The notes under the pieces were generated by a model, which did not search any database, was not told the origin of the DNA, and saw only the letters and a list, made by a program, of their open reading frames with translations. 64,000 bases of DNA from an uncultured Chloroflexia bacterium (GTDB taxonomy: Bacteria > Chloroflexota > Limnocylindria > Limnocylindrales > CSP1-4). Positions 20,712 through 31,980 of this stretch are shown here, piece by piece; position 1 is the first letter of the stretch, and every line of letters starts with the position of its first letter. Made by a program: the position numbers and the translations under genes. Location of the stretch: assembly GCA_963734535.1 (NCBI GenBank), contig CAVTHS010000002.1, positions 64,001 to 128,000 of the forward strand, given 5' to 3'.

Positions 20712-21827
20712 TCAGGCTCCCCGCCGCAGGCTGATGCGGTATCGGATGAGCACATCGCTCGTGATGACCGCGAACAGGACGATGCCCTGGATCATCGCCG
20801 GGATCCCCGACGGCTGGATCTCGCGCCCCGCGAGGATCAGCGCGCCGAAGAGGATCGACGCCACGATCACCCCGAGGGGTGAGAAGCGGGCGAGGTACGC
20901 GATGATGATCGCCGTGAATCCGTACCCGGGCGAGAAGTTGTCCTGGAGGCGATGGACGACGCCCGCGACCTCGCTCATCCCGGCGAGACCGGCCAGCCCT
21001 CCCGAGACCACGAAGACGAGGACGATGTTGCGACGGATGTTCACTCCCGCGTACCTGGCGGCCTGCGGGCTGTCGCCGACCAGCCTGATCACGTAGCCCC
21101 AGGCGCTGCGACCGAGCAGGAACCACAGGATTCCCGCGGCGATCACGGCGACGACGAAGCCGAGGTGGACGGTCAGACCGCCGAAGGCCGGGACCGCCGT
21201 CGAGAAGTCCGTCAGGCGTGGGAGCCAGGCTTCCTTCTGGAACTGCCTCGTCATCTGGAAGCCGCCCTCGCTCCACGGCCCGAAGACCCAGAACTGGATC
21301 CAGAGCAGGGCGACGTAGTTGAGCATCAGCGTGACGATGATCTCGTTGACTGCCAGGTAGGCCTTGAGGATCCCCGGGATCAGGCCCCACAGCGCTCCGC
21401 ACACGAACCCGGCGAGCATCATGGCCGGGATCAGGATGAACCCGGGCGTGCCGGCTGGGATGAGCGGGACGAGGACGACCGCGCTCGCACCCCATGCACC
21501 GAGCAGCAGCTGTCCCTCCGCGCCGATGTTCCAGAGGCGCATCCGGAACGCGAGTGCGCACGCGAGCCCGGTCAGGATCAGCGGGGTCGCCTTCACCAGG
21601 GTGTCCGAGATGACCCCGACGCTGCCGAAGGCGGCGTTGAAGATGTGAGCGTACGAACGAACGGGATCGCCGCCGACAATGGCGATGATCACGCCGCTGA
21701 ACACGAGGGCGAAGAGGATCGCCACCAGCGTGGTCAGGGGCGCCCACGAGGGCGGCTCGAGGCGGCGCTCCATGTGGATCGACCATCGCCGGGACGCCGC
21801 GACCGGACGAGGGGCGCCGGCGATCAT
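20712..21827 (-). CDS. Nucleoside/sugar ABC permease
   Basis: ATPLILTGLA, WNIGAEGQ, NEIIVTLMLNY, SGGLAGLAG, GYGFTAII; ATG overlaps the upstream TGA. Confidence 0.9.
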   Translation of the reverse strand: MIAGAPRPVAASRRWSIHMERRLEPPSWAPLTTLVAILFALVFSGVIIAIVGGDPVRSYAHIFNAAFGSVGVISDTLVKATPLILTGLACALAFRMRLWNIGAEGQLLLGAWGASAVVLVPLIPAGTPGFILIPAMMLAGFVCGALWGLIPGILKAYLAVNEIIVTLMLNYVALLWIQFWVFGPWSEGGFQMTRQFQKEAWLPRLTDFSTAVPAFGGLTVHLGFVVAVIAAGILWFLLGRSAWGYVIRLVGDSPQAARYAGVNIRRNIVLVFVVSGGLAGLAGMSEVAGVVHRLQDNFSPGYGFTAIIIAYLARFSPLGVIVASILFGALILAGREIQPSGIPAMIQGIVLFAVITSDVLIRYRISLRRGA

Positions 21828-23507
21828 GGCGCCTCGCTCCGGTTCCCGGATGTCCCTGGCGCGACTTCGGCTGGCGAGCCGGGCGATGGCGTGGCTCCCG
21901 GGCCATCCGCCGTCGCGTCGGCCGCGGTCGGCTCGGCAGCGGTCGATTCGGTCGCCGCCGATGGCGGCTGCCAGTCCCCGCCCGTCATCATCGATCCCCA
22001 GCCCGTTGATGTCCACCGCCCCGGCCTCGAACGGGCCGTGCAGGCGACCTTCATACATGACCGCGACCCGGTCCGCGAGGGCAAGGATCTCGTCGAGGTC
22101 CTCCGAGATCAGCACCGTCGCGCAGCCCTGGTCCCGTCGCGCCAGCAGCAGCCGATGGACGGCTTCGATCGCGCCAACGTCCAGCCCCCGGGTCGGCTGC
22201 ACGGCCACCATGAGGCGCGGCTGGAGATCGATCTCGCGGGCAAGGATCATTCGCTGCAGGTTGCCGCCGGACAGGAGGCGGACGGCCGTGTCGACGGACG
22301 GCGTGCTGATCTGGTACTCGGCGCGCAGATCCTCGGCGACCCGGTGGGCCGCAGACGTGTCGATGACCCAGCTGCGGCCCACGGGAGCGGAGCGGAACCG
22401 CTTCATGATCAGGTTGTCGGTGACCGACAGATTCGGAGCGCTTCCAACGCCGGTGCGATCCTCGGGCACGTGGGCCATGCCACGGCGGATCACGTCGGCG
22501 GGCGAGTGGGCAGGCCTGGTCTCGCCGGTGAACGAGATCAGGCCACGATGCGGCCGCAGGCCCGTGATCACCTGGGCAAGCTCGCTCTGGCCGTTGCCGG
22601 CGACCCCGGCGACGCCGACGATCTCCCCGGCGCGCACGTCGAGCGAGACATCACGCAGTGCGGGGAGGCCGCGATCGTTCTCCGCGTCCACGCCACGCAG
22701 GGACAAGAGGACCCCGCCCGGGTGGCCAGGCGTCCGCTCGACGACATCGAGGACTGAGCGACCGACCATCAGGCGCGCGAGCTCCGGCCTCGACGTGGAC
22801 GACGTCGCGATGCCCGCCGCGGTCACGGCACCCCGGCGCATGACGGTGATCCGGTCGGCGATCGCGACGACCTCGGCGAGCTTGTGGCTGATGAAGACGA
22901 TCGAATGGCCCTGCGCGGTCATCGTCCGAAGCGTCCGGAACAGCTCGTCGACCTCCTGGGGAGCGAGCACGGCGGTCGGCTCGTCCATGATCAGGATCCG
23001 CACGCCGCGGTAGAGCATCTTGAGGATCTCGACCCGCTGCTGCTCCCCGACCGACAGCTGCCAGACCTTCGCTCGCGGGTCGACCCGCATGCCGAAGCTC
23101 TCGCCGAGCGAGGCGATCTCGCCGTCGAAGCGGTCGAGACGCAGGCGGAAGCGTGGACGGTCGAGGCCGAGCAGGATGTTCTCAGTCACCGTCTGGGACG
23201 GGACGAGCGTGAAATGCTGGTGCACCATCCCGAGGCCCGCCGAGATCGCGTCGCGTGGGGAATGGAAGTCGACAAGGTTCCCCTCGACGCGCAGTGTCCC
23301 CTCATCGGGCCGGTAGAGGCCCGCGAGGACGTTCATCAGGGTGCTCTTGCCGGCACCGTTCTCGCCGAGCAGGGCGTGGACCTCGCCGGCGCGCACGTCG
23401 AAGTCCACGTGGTCGTTGGCCAGGACGCCCGGGAATCGCTTGACGATCCCGCGCAGCTCAACGGCCAGTGCGCGGGTGTCCGGGACTGGGGATGGCTGCA
23501 CCGGCAA
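21824..23507 (-). CDS. Nucleoside/sugar ABC ATP-binding protein, tandem NBD (frameshift ~21990)
   Basis: GENGAGKST, LSVGEQQRVE, MDEPT, LSGGNLQR, QPTRGLD; true tail MMTGG...SEAP* ends at 21824. Confidence 0.9.
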
Positions 23508-23576
23508 CGCGCCCTCGCGTGGGGTGGAATGGAGCGAGGCCCGCGGCGTCATCGCCGCGGGCCTCGCTGTGCCGGT

Positions 23577-24845
23577 CTACTGGGTCGGGATCGTCCCCGT
23601 GACGCCCTCGGCGAACCAGTGCATGCAGACCTTGCACTCACTGCCGGGAGCGCCGGGCGGGAACTGGTCCAGGTCGGCTTGGACGAGCTTGGCGCCGGCG
23701 GCAAGGACCTCCTTGCCGGTGTTGTCCTTGATCGGACCGGCGAAGACGTCGAAGCGGGTGAAGGTGCCGGCGAGCATCTTGGCGAGCGTGTCCTTGACCA
23801 TCTGCACGTCGGCCGCGGGCAGGTCCTTGATCCCCGGCTGTGGGCGTCTGGCCGTCCATGAAGCCGAACAGGCCGAGCGACTTGGTCTCGGCGTCGAAGT
23901 ACTCGTAGCCGGCCTTGTAGGTCTTCGCCTTGACCTGCTCGCCGATCCGCGCGTACTCGGGGCCCCACAGCCAGTAGATGGTCGTCAGGCAATGATCCAC
24001 CTTGCACGAGCTGTAGTGGTCGTACGTGACGCCCCACTTGCCCTTCTCCTGGGCGACATCGGCGACGGCCGGCGTGTCGGCGCCGGTGAGGACCACGTCA
24101 GCGCCGGCATCGAAGAGCGAGGCGGCGGCGTCCTTCTCCTTCACCGGGTCATGCCAGGTGTTGATCCAGCGCACGTCCATCGTGCACTCGGGGCACGTCT
24201 TCTTTGCGCCCAGCATGAACGCGTTGCCCAGGCGCAGCTCCTCCGGGATCGGGAACGTCGCCATGTAGCCGAGCTTGGGGATCTTGTCGAGCTTGGCCCG
24301 TGATCCGGCCAGCATGCCGGCCAGGTACTTCATGTCCTCCATGGCGCCCATCAGGTTGCCGAAGTTCTTCCCGTTCGACTTGTACCCCGTGAGGTGGAGG
24401 AACGTCTGGTTCGGAAACTCCTCGGCAACCGCCGCCATCGGGTCCATGTACCCGAAGCTGGTGCCAAGGATGAAGTCGAAGCCCTTGCGTGCGAGGCTCC
24501 GGAAGACCTGCTCCGAGTCGGCGCCCTCGGGCACGTTCTCGATGTACGCGACGTGCGAGTTCGCGACGTGGTCACAGAGGTAGACCAGGCCGTCGTAGTG
24601 CGCCTGGCTCCATCCGCCGTCGTCGTGCGGTCCGATGAGGACCATGGCGACGTTGAACTGGCCGGCGACGACGTCCGGGATCTGAGCCCGCCGCTCGCGG
24701 CGCCGGCCTCGCACGTCGTGGCGCTCGATGCGGCCGCACTTGCGCCCGCGGCCGACGGGCTTGGGCTCGCGCCGGACGAGCAGGCGCTGACGATGAGCGC
24801 ACCCGTCGCGAGCAGCGACAGGGGCTTCAGGAGTCGGCTGGCCAT
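23577..24845 (-). CDS. BMP-family ABC substrate-binding lipoprotein (frameshifts ~24685, ~23835)
   Basis: Lipobox IVSAC; DGGWSQAHYDG, GTSFGY, WINTWHDP, DVFAGPIKDNTG. Confidence 0.88.
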
Positions 24846-25035
24846 TCTAACGTCCTCTCCTCCGCGCACTCACCTGGCCGATCGGGCTGCTGCTGGCCGT
24901 GCGACAGGGGACGCGACTGCCGCGCAGCGATGGGACCCGTCACCGGGTGCGAGCGCACCCAAAGGATAGCCCTCCGCGACCCGGCCGATGGGTCGCCGGC
25001 GTCCGGCAGGGTTTCGTTTCGGCTACCCTTCCGCG

Positions 25036-26323
25036 GTGTTCGAACGAACGGCGCTGCCCAACGGGCCACGCGTCATCACTGCGCGTCTGGCGGGCGCCCG
25101 CTCGTTCACGGTGGAGGCGCACGTCCTGGCGGGCTCGCGCCACGAGGCACCCGGGCAGGCCGGTTGCGCGCATTTCATGGAGCACCTGACGTTCAAGGGA
25201 ACGCGGGCCTATCCGACGACGCGCGCACTCTCCGAGGCGGTGGAGGGCCTCGGCGGCACCTTCAACGCATCGACGGATCGCGAATCGACCGTCTACTACG
25301 TCCGCGTCCCGTCGCGCCACGCCGCAACCGCGATGCAGGTGCTGGGCGAGCTCGTCGTCCGGCCCAACCTCGACGAGGCGGAGATCGAGAACGAGCGGGA
25401 TGTCATCGTCGAGGAGATCCGCTCGTACCTCGACGACCCGGCCGAGCACGTGAACGTTCTCTTCGATCTCGCGATCTTCGACGACACGCCGCTGGGCCGC
25501 GAGATCGCCGGGTCGGAGGAGAGCGTGCGAACGCTCCCGGCGCCGGCCATCCGCGAGTTCTGGCAGACCTACTACCAGCCCTCGAACGTCGTGGTGGCCG
25601 CCTCCGGCGACCTTCCCCACGACGAGGTCGTGGCGCTCGCCGGAGGCGTTCGGGACCGGCGGCGGGACCATTCCCGGCTACCTGCCGGCGCCCGCCATCC
25701 CCGCCGGCGAGCGAAGCCTGCGCGCGTCCCGGCCGTCGACGCAGGCGCAGCTGGTCCTGGGCGTCCCGGCGCTCCCGCGCGATCATCCCGATCAGTGGAC
25801 GCTCTCCGTCCTCAACGCGGTGCTCGGCGACGGCATGTCGAGCCGCCTCTTCCTGGAAGTCCGCGAGGAGCTCGGGCTCGCCTACGACGTCGGCAGCTCC
25901 ATCGTCGCCTACAGCGACGCGGGCGTCCTGTCGGTCTATGCGGGCGTCGACCCGAGGCGGATCAGGCCCACCATCGCCGCGGTGCTCGCCGAGCTTGCCC
26001 GCATGCGGGACGAGGACGTCCCCGACCACGAGATGACGAAGGTGAAGGCGTACCTCGCTGGCCGCCTGGAGCTGCGCCTGGACGAGACCCGCTACCTGGC
26101 GTCCTGGGTGGGAACGCAGGAAGCCCTCCACGACCGGGTGATGACCCCGGACGAGGCGCTCGCCGCCATCGAGGCGGTGACCGTCGCGGACGTCCGTGCG
26201 CTTGCCGGGCGGCTCTTCCACGACGACGCGCTGCGCCTTGCCGTCGTGGCACCCGCCGGGAAGGGTCGGTCGCTCGAGTCGACGCTCCGGATCCCGGTTC
26301 GCGGCGCACGGGCCCGCCGATGA
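25036..26323 (+). CDS. M16 (pitrilysin) family Zn peptidase (frameshift ~25650)
   Basis: AHFMEHLTFKGT (HxxEH), NASTDRE, GMSSRLFLEVREELGLAY. Confidence 0.92.
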
Positions 26324-27256
26324 CCCTGCCGATGCCTCCACCGGACGGTGAGACGGCGGAAGGGCCCGCTCGCACCGACGGCCGACTCGCCCGGCTCCAC
26401 CTCGGCACCGGCCTCCTGCGCCTCGCTCGCGTCGAGCTCGAGGAGCTGGCCGGCGAGGGCCGCCTCGACGCGGACGGCGTCCTGGACCTCGCGGAGGCCC
26501 GCTGGCGGACCGGCGACCTGCGCGGCGCCGCGGAGGCGGCCGGCGCCTGGCTCGAGGCGGGCGCGGCGACGGGCGAGGCGGAGACCGGTGGGCGCGCCGT
26601 GGCGCTGGCCCATGCCCTCATCGCGGAAGCCCTGACGGTCCGGGGCCGCGACGACGAAGCCGCCGGCCACGTGGCGGCAACCCTCGCCGCCCTGGCGCCC
26701 GGGTCCCCCGGGCAGGAGGGACCGCCGGCCCCTGCCCGAACCGTCGCCAGCGCCCTCGATGCCCTGTTCGCCGGGATCGTGCCGCGGGCGGACGCCTGGC
26801 CGGCGTTCGATCCGGGAGACCGGGGCGCGGCGTCCGCGGACCGTGTGTCGGTGGGAGGGGCCGTGCACCCACGTTCCGTACGCGGGATCTGCGATCCCCG
26901 ACCCGGTGGCGGCCGCGGATGACCGGCTGGGAGCCGGTGACGACGAGGCTGCCGCGGTGCTCCTCATCCTTGCCCTGCGCGCCACGCCGATCCGGGCGCA
27001 GGAGGTCCTGCAGCGGGCGGACGCGGCCCTGGCCGCACGATCCGGCGCCGGGCTCCTTCTCGCGCGCGCCGAGGCCCTCCGCGTCCTCGGCCGCCACGAG
27101 GCTGCCGGCATCGCCTACGCTGTCGCCGACGCACACGCCCGCGGCGTTGCGCCGGCCCTGTCCCCGGCACCCGATCCCGATCCGCCGGATCCCCCGGTCG
27201 ATCAAGAGACCGGCACGGACGCCACAGCGGCCCCCCCCGAATGGAGTCCCGAATGA
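26320..27256 (+). CDS. Hypothetical helical/TPR-like protein (frameshift ~26860)
   Basis: ATGA-coupled between the peptidase and ndk; Ala/Leu helical repeats (LDLAEARWRTGD, LARAEALRVLGR). Confidence 0.55.
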
Positions 27257-27711
27257 CCGAACGAAGCCTCGTCCTCATCAAGCCCGACGGCGTGCAGCGC
27301 CTCCTGGTCGGCCGCGTCATTGCCCGGTTCGAGGATCGCGGCCTGAAGCTGGTCGGGCTGAAGCTCGTCTCGGTCTCGCGCGAGCTCGCGGAGCGGCACT
27401 ACGCGATCCACCGGGACAAGCCTTTCTTCGCCGGACTCGTCGCCTTCATCACGTCCAGCCCGCTCGTCGCGATGGCGCTCGAGGGCCCGAACGCCATCGG
27501 CGTCGTCCGCTCGATGGTCGGTGCGACCCGTCCGTGGGAGGCCGCCCCGGGAACCATCCGCGGCGACTTCGCGCTGGAGGTCTCGCAGAACCTGATCCAT
27601 GCGTCCGACGGACCCGAGACCGCCACGGCCGAGCTCGGCCTCTGGTTCCCCGAGGGGATCCTGGCCTACCCCCGCGAGATCGACCGCTGGGCGCTCGCGC
27701 CGAACGGCTGA
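27253..27711 (+). CDS. ndk: Nucleoside-diphosphate kinase
   Basis: IKPDGVQR, PGTIRGDF, NLIHASD. Confidence 0.97.
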   Translation: MTERSLVLIKPDGVQRLLVGRVIARFEDRGLKLVGLKLVSVSRELAERHYAIHRDKPFFAGLVAFITSSPLVAMALEGPNAIGVVRSMVGATRPWEAAPGTIRGDFALEVSQNLIHASDGPETATAELGLWFPEGILAYPREIDRWALAPNG

Positions 27712-27745
27712 TCGGCGGCCGGGCCTGACCATCCGCCGTGGCTGA

Positions 27746-29333
27746 TCAGCCGCCCACCAGCGGACGCAGCGACGGGAGCGCCGGCCCGGCGGCTCGTGCG
27801 GCGGCGTCGATGCCGAACGCCCCGACCGCCGTGAGGAGCGCCAGCCCGGCGAGCAGGATCACCACGAACGCTCGAAGAGGCACGCGGTTGAGCTCGAGCG
27901 CCGGGCGTGCGTCCCGGCCGATCATGGCGGCGAGCCCGCGCAGTCGACCCGGCATTGACCTCGCGGCGGCTCGCGCGCGGGCGGACGAAGATCCGGCGGC
28001 GGCTCCGCCGGGAGACGGCGGGGTTGCGGGTTCGGAGGTCACGCCCGACGGTCGCCCCGGGAGGCGCGGCACCTCGCTGATGGTCCCGGCCACGATCGCC
28101 GATGGGCGGCCCGCGCCGACCAGGAGCAGGCGGCAGATGGCGACGCCGGTCCCGAGCGAGCCTGCGTAGGCCAGCAGGAACGCGGGCCCGGCGGTCGCCG
28201 ATTGCAGGATCGCGAGCCGCGCATCCCACGCCAGCAGGCCCGGCCACCCCACGACCGCGATCAGGATCGCGGCGAGCGCGACGCCCAGGGACGGCGCCCG
28301 GCGCAGCCAGCCCGCGGTATCGCGGAGGCGGCCGGTCCCGAAGGCGGCTCGGAACGCGATCGTCCAGCCGATCAGGGCCGTCCTCGTCGTGGCGAAGACG
28401 AGCACCCACGCTCGTGCCGCGTCGCGCGCCGCCGGGTCGAGCGCCGCGAGGGCGAGGAGCGCGATGCCCGCGTCCGCCACGATCGTGTACGCGACGACGT
28501 GGTCGACCTCGTCCTGGATGAGCGCGGCGACCGCCCCGAGCAGGAGCGTCATGAGCGCCAGGGTCACGATCAGCGCGCGCTCCAGGCCAAGCGCCGCCGA
28601 TGACGGACCGAGCGCAACCGGCACCCAGCCGAGGATCACGATGCCCCAGGCTGCCGGGAGCCACGCGGCGAGGATCGGCAGCGCGCTGGACGGCGTCGCA
28701 TCGGCCAGACGCGAGACGCGGGCATGCAGGGGGATCGCCCCGAATCGATGCGCCAGGACGAGTGCCATCCCGAGGAGCACGAGCGCGGTCGCGGCTGGCT
28801 CGGCGGGCACGGGACCCGCTCCCGTCGTGGCCGCAGCGTCCGGGCACGATCCCGGCGGCGACCAGGCCAACGACCACGCTCGTCGTGGCGCCCCGCAGCT
28901 CGCGCGCCAGGGCCCGGATGCGGGACGGAGCGGCGGGGCTCCCGAGCGCCAGCGCGCTGGCGGCCACGGTGGCGGCGGCCGCGCCGAGGAGGGCGGGCGC
29001 CGTCCCTGCGAGGCCCAGCGCCAGGGCGATGCCCGCCGCCCCGCCGAGCAGCGCCCCGGGTGCGGACGGCTGCCAGGTCGCGAGCCGCGCAACGATCAGC
29101 ACCAGGAGCCCGCTCGCAAGGCAGAGGACGAGCACGACGCGGAGGTGGTCGCTCCCGACGAGCGCGCCGCCGCCGATGCCGAGCGGGCCATCCGGCCGCA
29201 CGACGGTGGCTGCCCCAAGCGCGACGAGGATGGCGGCGATCGCCGCCAGCGTGCCCAGCCACCGGCGATCGCGGAGCACCGTAACGATCAGGGTTCCCAG
29301 GCTCGCGAGGGCCAGGAACGGGAGCAGGCTCAT
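27746..29333 (-). CDS. NuoN/MrpD-like proton-conducting membrane subunit, divergent (frameshift ~28845)
   Basis: About 14 TMs; HRFGAIPLH, TLLLGAVAALIQDEVDHVVAYT, AVVGWPGLLAW resemble Proton_antipo_M motifs. Confidence 0.65.
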
Positions 29334-29969
29334 CGATGGTCGCTGTGGGTCCGGGAGATGGCCGGCTCGGCGGTCGGGGCCGTCGTCCGGGCCGCTCGTG
29401 CCGCCCAGTGCCGCCGCTCCGCCGCCGACCACCGCGACGGCCGCGGCAAGCGCGACGACCAGGATCGCGGCCGCGATGCCGGTCAAGGGCGGCGGGGTGC
29501 CGGCGAGCGCGGTGAGGACCAGGAGCCCCGACACGACGAGCACGATCAGCGCGGAGCCCAGCCGGAAGGGGTCGCGCGCGACCGCGATGGGTCCGATGGC
29601 GACGGCAAGCGCCGCGAGGCCGGCGGCGAGCGCAGCGTCGGGGCCCAGCCGGGGCAGCGTGATGGCGGTTGCGCCGATGCCCGCAGCGAAGCCGGCTGCG
29701 GCTGCGCCGATCGTGGCCGGGAGGCCGAGCGTGGGTGGGGCGCCGCCCGGCGCGCGCCGCGCGGCCACGTGGACCAGGAAGCCGGCAAGGATGCCGGCGA
29801 CGACGCCGAACGCGAGCGGCAGCGGCGCCTGCAGTGGATCGGCGACGAAGGGCGCCATGACGAGCAGGCCGACGAGGCCCAGCGAAGCCGTCCTCGTGTC
29901 CCTCACTCCTGTCGCAACCGCGGCCCCGACCCCGACGAGCGCGCCGGCGACGAGCAGGAGCGGGGTCAC
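29330..29969 (-). CDS. Hypothetical multi-TM membrane protein (frameshift near 3' end)
   Basis: GTG overlaps the lepB TGA; about 6 TMs; a TGA/ATG overlap with the next gene is restored by one indel. Confidence 0.6.
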
Positions 29970-30572
29970 GGAACCGAGGGGCTCGGCCTCGCGTCGCCGT
30001 TCCCGATCGGCGCCGGGTAGGTGGGCGTGGGCAGGATCCCGAACGTCGAGAGCGGCCAGTACCGCAGCCAGGCCCGTCCGATCACCCGGTCGATCCCGAT
30101 CGTGCCGAAGGACCGGGAGTCTGCCGACGCCGCCCGGTGGTCGCCCATCACGAAGAGCTGGCCGGCTGGGCACCACCCATCGCGCAGGCTCCTGCGTCGC
30201 GGTCGTGGGCTGCTGATCGAAGAGGTATGGCTCGTCGAGCCTCACGTCGTTCACCCAGACCGCGCCGTCCTTGACGACGACGACGTCGCCGGGAAGCCCG
30301 ATGACGCGCTTGATGAAGGGCGTGCGCTGGGTCCCCTCCGACCAGGCGTCGGGCGGATCGAAGACCACGATGTCGCCGCGGCTGTACGGGTCGAAGCGAG
30401 GCGTCAGCTTGTCGACCAGGACGTACTGGTCAGGCTCCAGGGTTCGTTCCATCGACATCTGTTCGACGCGGTACGGTTGCGCCACGAACGTCTGGATCAC
30501 GAAGAAGATGATGAGCGTCAGGACGAGCGTCTCGACGATCTCGAAGAGGCACCCGAGGGGGCGTTTGGTCAC
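29966..30572 (-). CDS. lepB: Signal peptidase I (frameshift ~30165)
   Basis: EQMSMERTL (Ser), FIKRVIGLPGD (Lys), then MGDHRAASADSR in the shifted frame. Confidence 0.93.
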
Positions 30573-30642
30573 AAGTCCGGCAGTATAGGGGCTGGCGTCG
30601 GCCGACGCCCCACGGACGTCCGCCCGGTGCGATGGAGAAGCG

Positions 30643-31698
30643 ATGCAGGGCTTCGGCGGGGTTGCCTCGATCGACCGGCAGGTGCTCCTGGAGGCACGCG
30701 CGTCGGACTATGCCCGGGTCGCCCTCGCCAACATCGCCCGCGAGTTCCCGGCCGACGTCTGGCACACGGTGCAGGGCCCGGACGACCTGCCGGTCAGGCC
30801 CCGCGAGCGGACTCCGGTCTTCTACGGCAGCTTCGACTGGCACTCGTGCGTGGAGATGCACTGGCTGCTGGTTCGGCTTCTCCGTGCCGTTCCCGCGGCG
30901 ATCCCGGCGGCAGCGATCCGGGCCGAGCTCGAGGCCCGCTTCGACGGGGCGAAGCTGGGCCTGGAGGCCCGGTTCATCGCCGATCCGGACAACCGGAACC
31001 GCGAGCGACCGTACGGCTGGGGATGGGGCCTCGCCCTCGTGCACGAGCTCGCCTCCTGGGACGACCCAGACGGACGGCGCTGGGCGGCGCGGTTCGAGCC
31101 GCTCGCGGATGCGCTCGCCTCCAACTTCCTGGGCTGGCTTCCGCGCGCCACCTACCCGGTTCGATACGGCGTCCACACGAACAGCGCATTCGGGATCTCG
31201 CTTGCGCTCGCGCACGGGCGAGACCGCGCCGCGGCCGGCGACCCGGCGCTGCTCGATGCCCTGGTGGGCGCCGCTCGCCGCTGGTTCGCCGAGGACGTCG
31301 ATTACCCGGCTGCCTGGGAACCGTCCGGCTTCGACTTCCTGTCGCCCGCCCTGGCGGAGGCCGAGCTGATGACCCAGCTGCTGCCAGGTCCCACCTTCGC
31401 CGCGTGGCTGGCCCGCTTCCTCCCCGGGATCGCGGCGGGTGAGCCGCGGGCGCTCTTCACGCCGGCCTTCGTGTCCGACGCGCGGGACGGTCACATCGCG
31501 CATCTCCACGGCCTCAACGCGAGCCGCGCATGGTGCTGGCGGCGCATCGCCGAGGCGCTTCCCGCCGGGGATCCGCGGGCGATCGTCGCCCGGGAGGCGA
31601 TGGCGCGCCACGCGGCGGCGGCCCTTCCGCACGCGGTGGGCGGTGACTACATGGTCGAGCACTGGCTGGCGGCCTACGTGGTGCTCCTCCTCTCCTGA
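30643..31698 (+). CDS. DUF2891 family protein
   Basis: FYGSFDWHSCV, ERPYGWGW, GVHTNSAF, WEPSGFDFLSP, HLHGLNASRAW, YMVEHWLA. Confidence 0.85.
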   Translation: MQGFGGVASIDRQVLLEARASDYARVALANIAREFPADVWHTVQGPDDLPVRPRERTPVFYGSFDWHSCVEMHWLLVRLLRAVPAAIPAAAIRAELEARFDGAKLGLEARFIADPDNRNRERPYGWGWGLALVHELASWDDPDGRRWAARFEPLADALASNFLGWLPRATYPVRYGVHTNSAFGISLALAHGRDRAAAGDPALLDALVGAARRWFAEDVDYPAAWEPSGFDFLSPALAEAELMTQLLPGPTFAAWLARFLPGIAAGEPRALFTPAFVSDARDGHIAHLHGLNASRAWCWRRIAEALPAGDPRAIVAREAMARHAAAALPHAVGGDYMVEHWLAAYVVLLLS

Positions 31699-31784
31699 GC
31701 CTGCGAGCGCCGCGCGACCGGCCGCCGGCACCGGTCGGGGCACCCGGCCGCGAGAGCACCCGGCCGTGACGGGGGCCAACAGGA

Positions 31785-31840
31785 CTGCATAAACCGGGCC
31801 TCTATGCAGATTGACCCGCGCCCCGACCGGACGCTATCCT
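31785..31840 (+). promoter_or_regulatory. hppA promoter with upstream inverted repeat
   Basis: CTGCATA-N11-TATGCAG (31785-31809) abuts TTGACC(31811-16)-N18-TATCCT(31835-40). Confidence 0.6.
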
Positions 31841-31980
31841 CTGCGAGGCCCGCTCCCAGAATCAGGCCCTGCCGTTGCGGTCGGGCGCCAGCCCAGGCGA
31901 GCCAGGCAATCCTCGTCCCCGGCGCGACGCACGCGCTCGAGCGGACGCTCGCGCCCCGACAGGGAGGTTACGCACCAGCC

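Noticed and set aside
20712-23552. Apparent 946-aa ATPase-permease fusion
   Set aside because: One indel near 21990 restores the ATPase tail (MMTGG...*), ending in a TGA/ATG overlap at 21824-27; artefact.
27666-30572. Apparent 968-aa signal peptidase-membrane protein fusion
   Set aside because: Indels near 30165 and 29345 merge three coupled genes with normal stop/start overlaps.
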